Below, one piece after another: positions 63,688 to 64,000 of a stretch of 64,000 nucleotides of DNA; position 1 is the first letter of the stretch, and each line of letters starts with the position of its first letter. This DNA is from an uncultured Terriglobales bacterium (GTDB lineage Bacteria; Acidobacteriota; Terriglobia; Terriglobales; Acidobacteriaceae): positions 16,712-80,711 of the forward strand of contig CAYZHX010000001.1 of the NCBI GenBank assembly GCA_964476905.1, in the 5' to 3' direction. Both the position numbers and the translations under genes were made by a program. Under the pieces are notes generated by a model that saw nothing but the letters and a program-made list of their open reading frames with translations, made no database searches and was not told where the DNA came from.

Positions 63688-64000
63688 AACGGCGCCTTCA
63701 CGGAATCAGCCGGTCGGCGACTGCATCCGAGATTGCCGATGGCATCTATCTCGTCAGGGTACAGCGAGCGCATTACCACTGGCACAAGCACAAGCCGTTC
63801 TATGAGCTCAACTTTTATGTACTCCAGCCAGAAGCGATAGTCGGTGGTGCTATCAGGGCGCCTCTCTACTGCTCATCGAAGGCATTGTGGAAGTTCGCCT
63901 GGTTCTTGCGCGATTTCCGCTATGACCAGGAACTGCTGGAACAAGACGAGATCGATTTGCGGGCGTTAATCGGACTCCAGGGCGTGATTCAGGTTGTTCA
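63684..64000 (+). CDS. hypothetical protein, N-terminal fragment (runs off window)
   Basis: GTG 63684 overlaps the SSAP stop (GTGA). The frame is open to base 64000 (VKRRLHGISRSATASEIADGIYLVRVQRAHYHWHKHKPFYELNFYVLQPE...). It is not in the ORF track because no stop is present. Confidence 0.45.
   Translation, partial: MKRRLHGISRSATASEIADGIYLVRVQRAHYHWHKHKPFYELNFYVLQPEAIVGGAIRAPLYCSSKALWKFAWFLRDFRYDQELLEQDEIDLRALIGLQGVIQVV

Larger units (their letters stand above)
60950..64000. mobile_element. possible edge of a prophage or integrative-element-like region (extent unknown, continues right of window)
   Basis: After housekeeping-like genes, the content switches to small unrecognisable ORFs, several DNA repeat systems, an RHH regulator divergent from a Rad52-like recombinase, and overlapped early-gene-style ORFs. 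No integrase or att site was seen in the window. Confidence 0.3.

Noticed and set aside
1-64000. CRISPR arrays, rRNA genes, IS elements with terminal inverted repeats and transposase genes
   Set aside because: No regularly spaced 25-40 nt repeats, no rRNA-like conserved stretches and no transposase-like ORFs were seen in any frame.

Overview
GC-rich bacterial chromosomal segment. The gene content points to Acidobacteriota (many secreted BNR and hydrolase proteins, paired MacB/FtsX permeases, HD-GYP and CHASE3 signalling proteins), but this is an inference and was not verified. I support about 55 CDS. No rRNA, tRNA or CRISPR array was recognisable by eye.

The left two thirds (1-50 kb) are mostly housekeeping:
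- mnmE
- the tilS-hpt-ftsH cluster, divergent from ispD and ispF
- pyrH, tdh, a biotin carboxylase plus BCCP pair, and pyrD
- metH plus a fused homocysteine-methyltransferase/MTHFR gene
- interspersed secreted hydrolases (M28 peptidase, GH3, esterases, alginate-lyase-like) and signalling genes

The right third (50-64 kb) is accessory-like:
- a CPBP-like protein with altered catalytic motifs
- an HTTM-DCC fusion membrane protein
- a four-gene minor-pilin operon ending in a 698-aa PilX-like protein with a run of about 28 serines, followed by a polytopic GT-C-like membrane protein
- from about 60.95 kb, a region with phage or plasmid flavour: six ACAGG repeats phased at 11 bp, three copies of a roughly 25-nt direct repeat bracketing small cassettes, tandem perfect palindromes, a ribbon-helix-helix gene divergent from a Rad52-like single-strand annealing protein, and an open ORF running off the window

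Other DNA-level oddities:
- inverted arrays of TCGGCNN heptads bracket the tilS/ispD divergent region
- the Hpt homologue lacks the canonical acidic catalytic residues
- a cNMP-binding TrxR-like protein lacks the CxxC and is paired with a UBP-type zinc-finger protein

All calls rest on motif recognition by eye. No database search was run.
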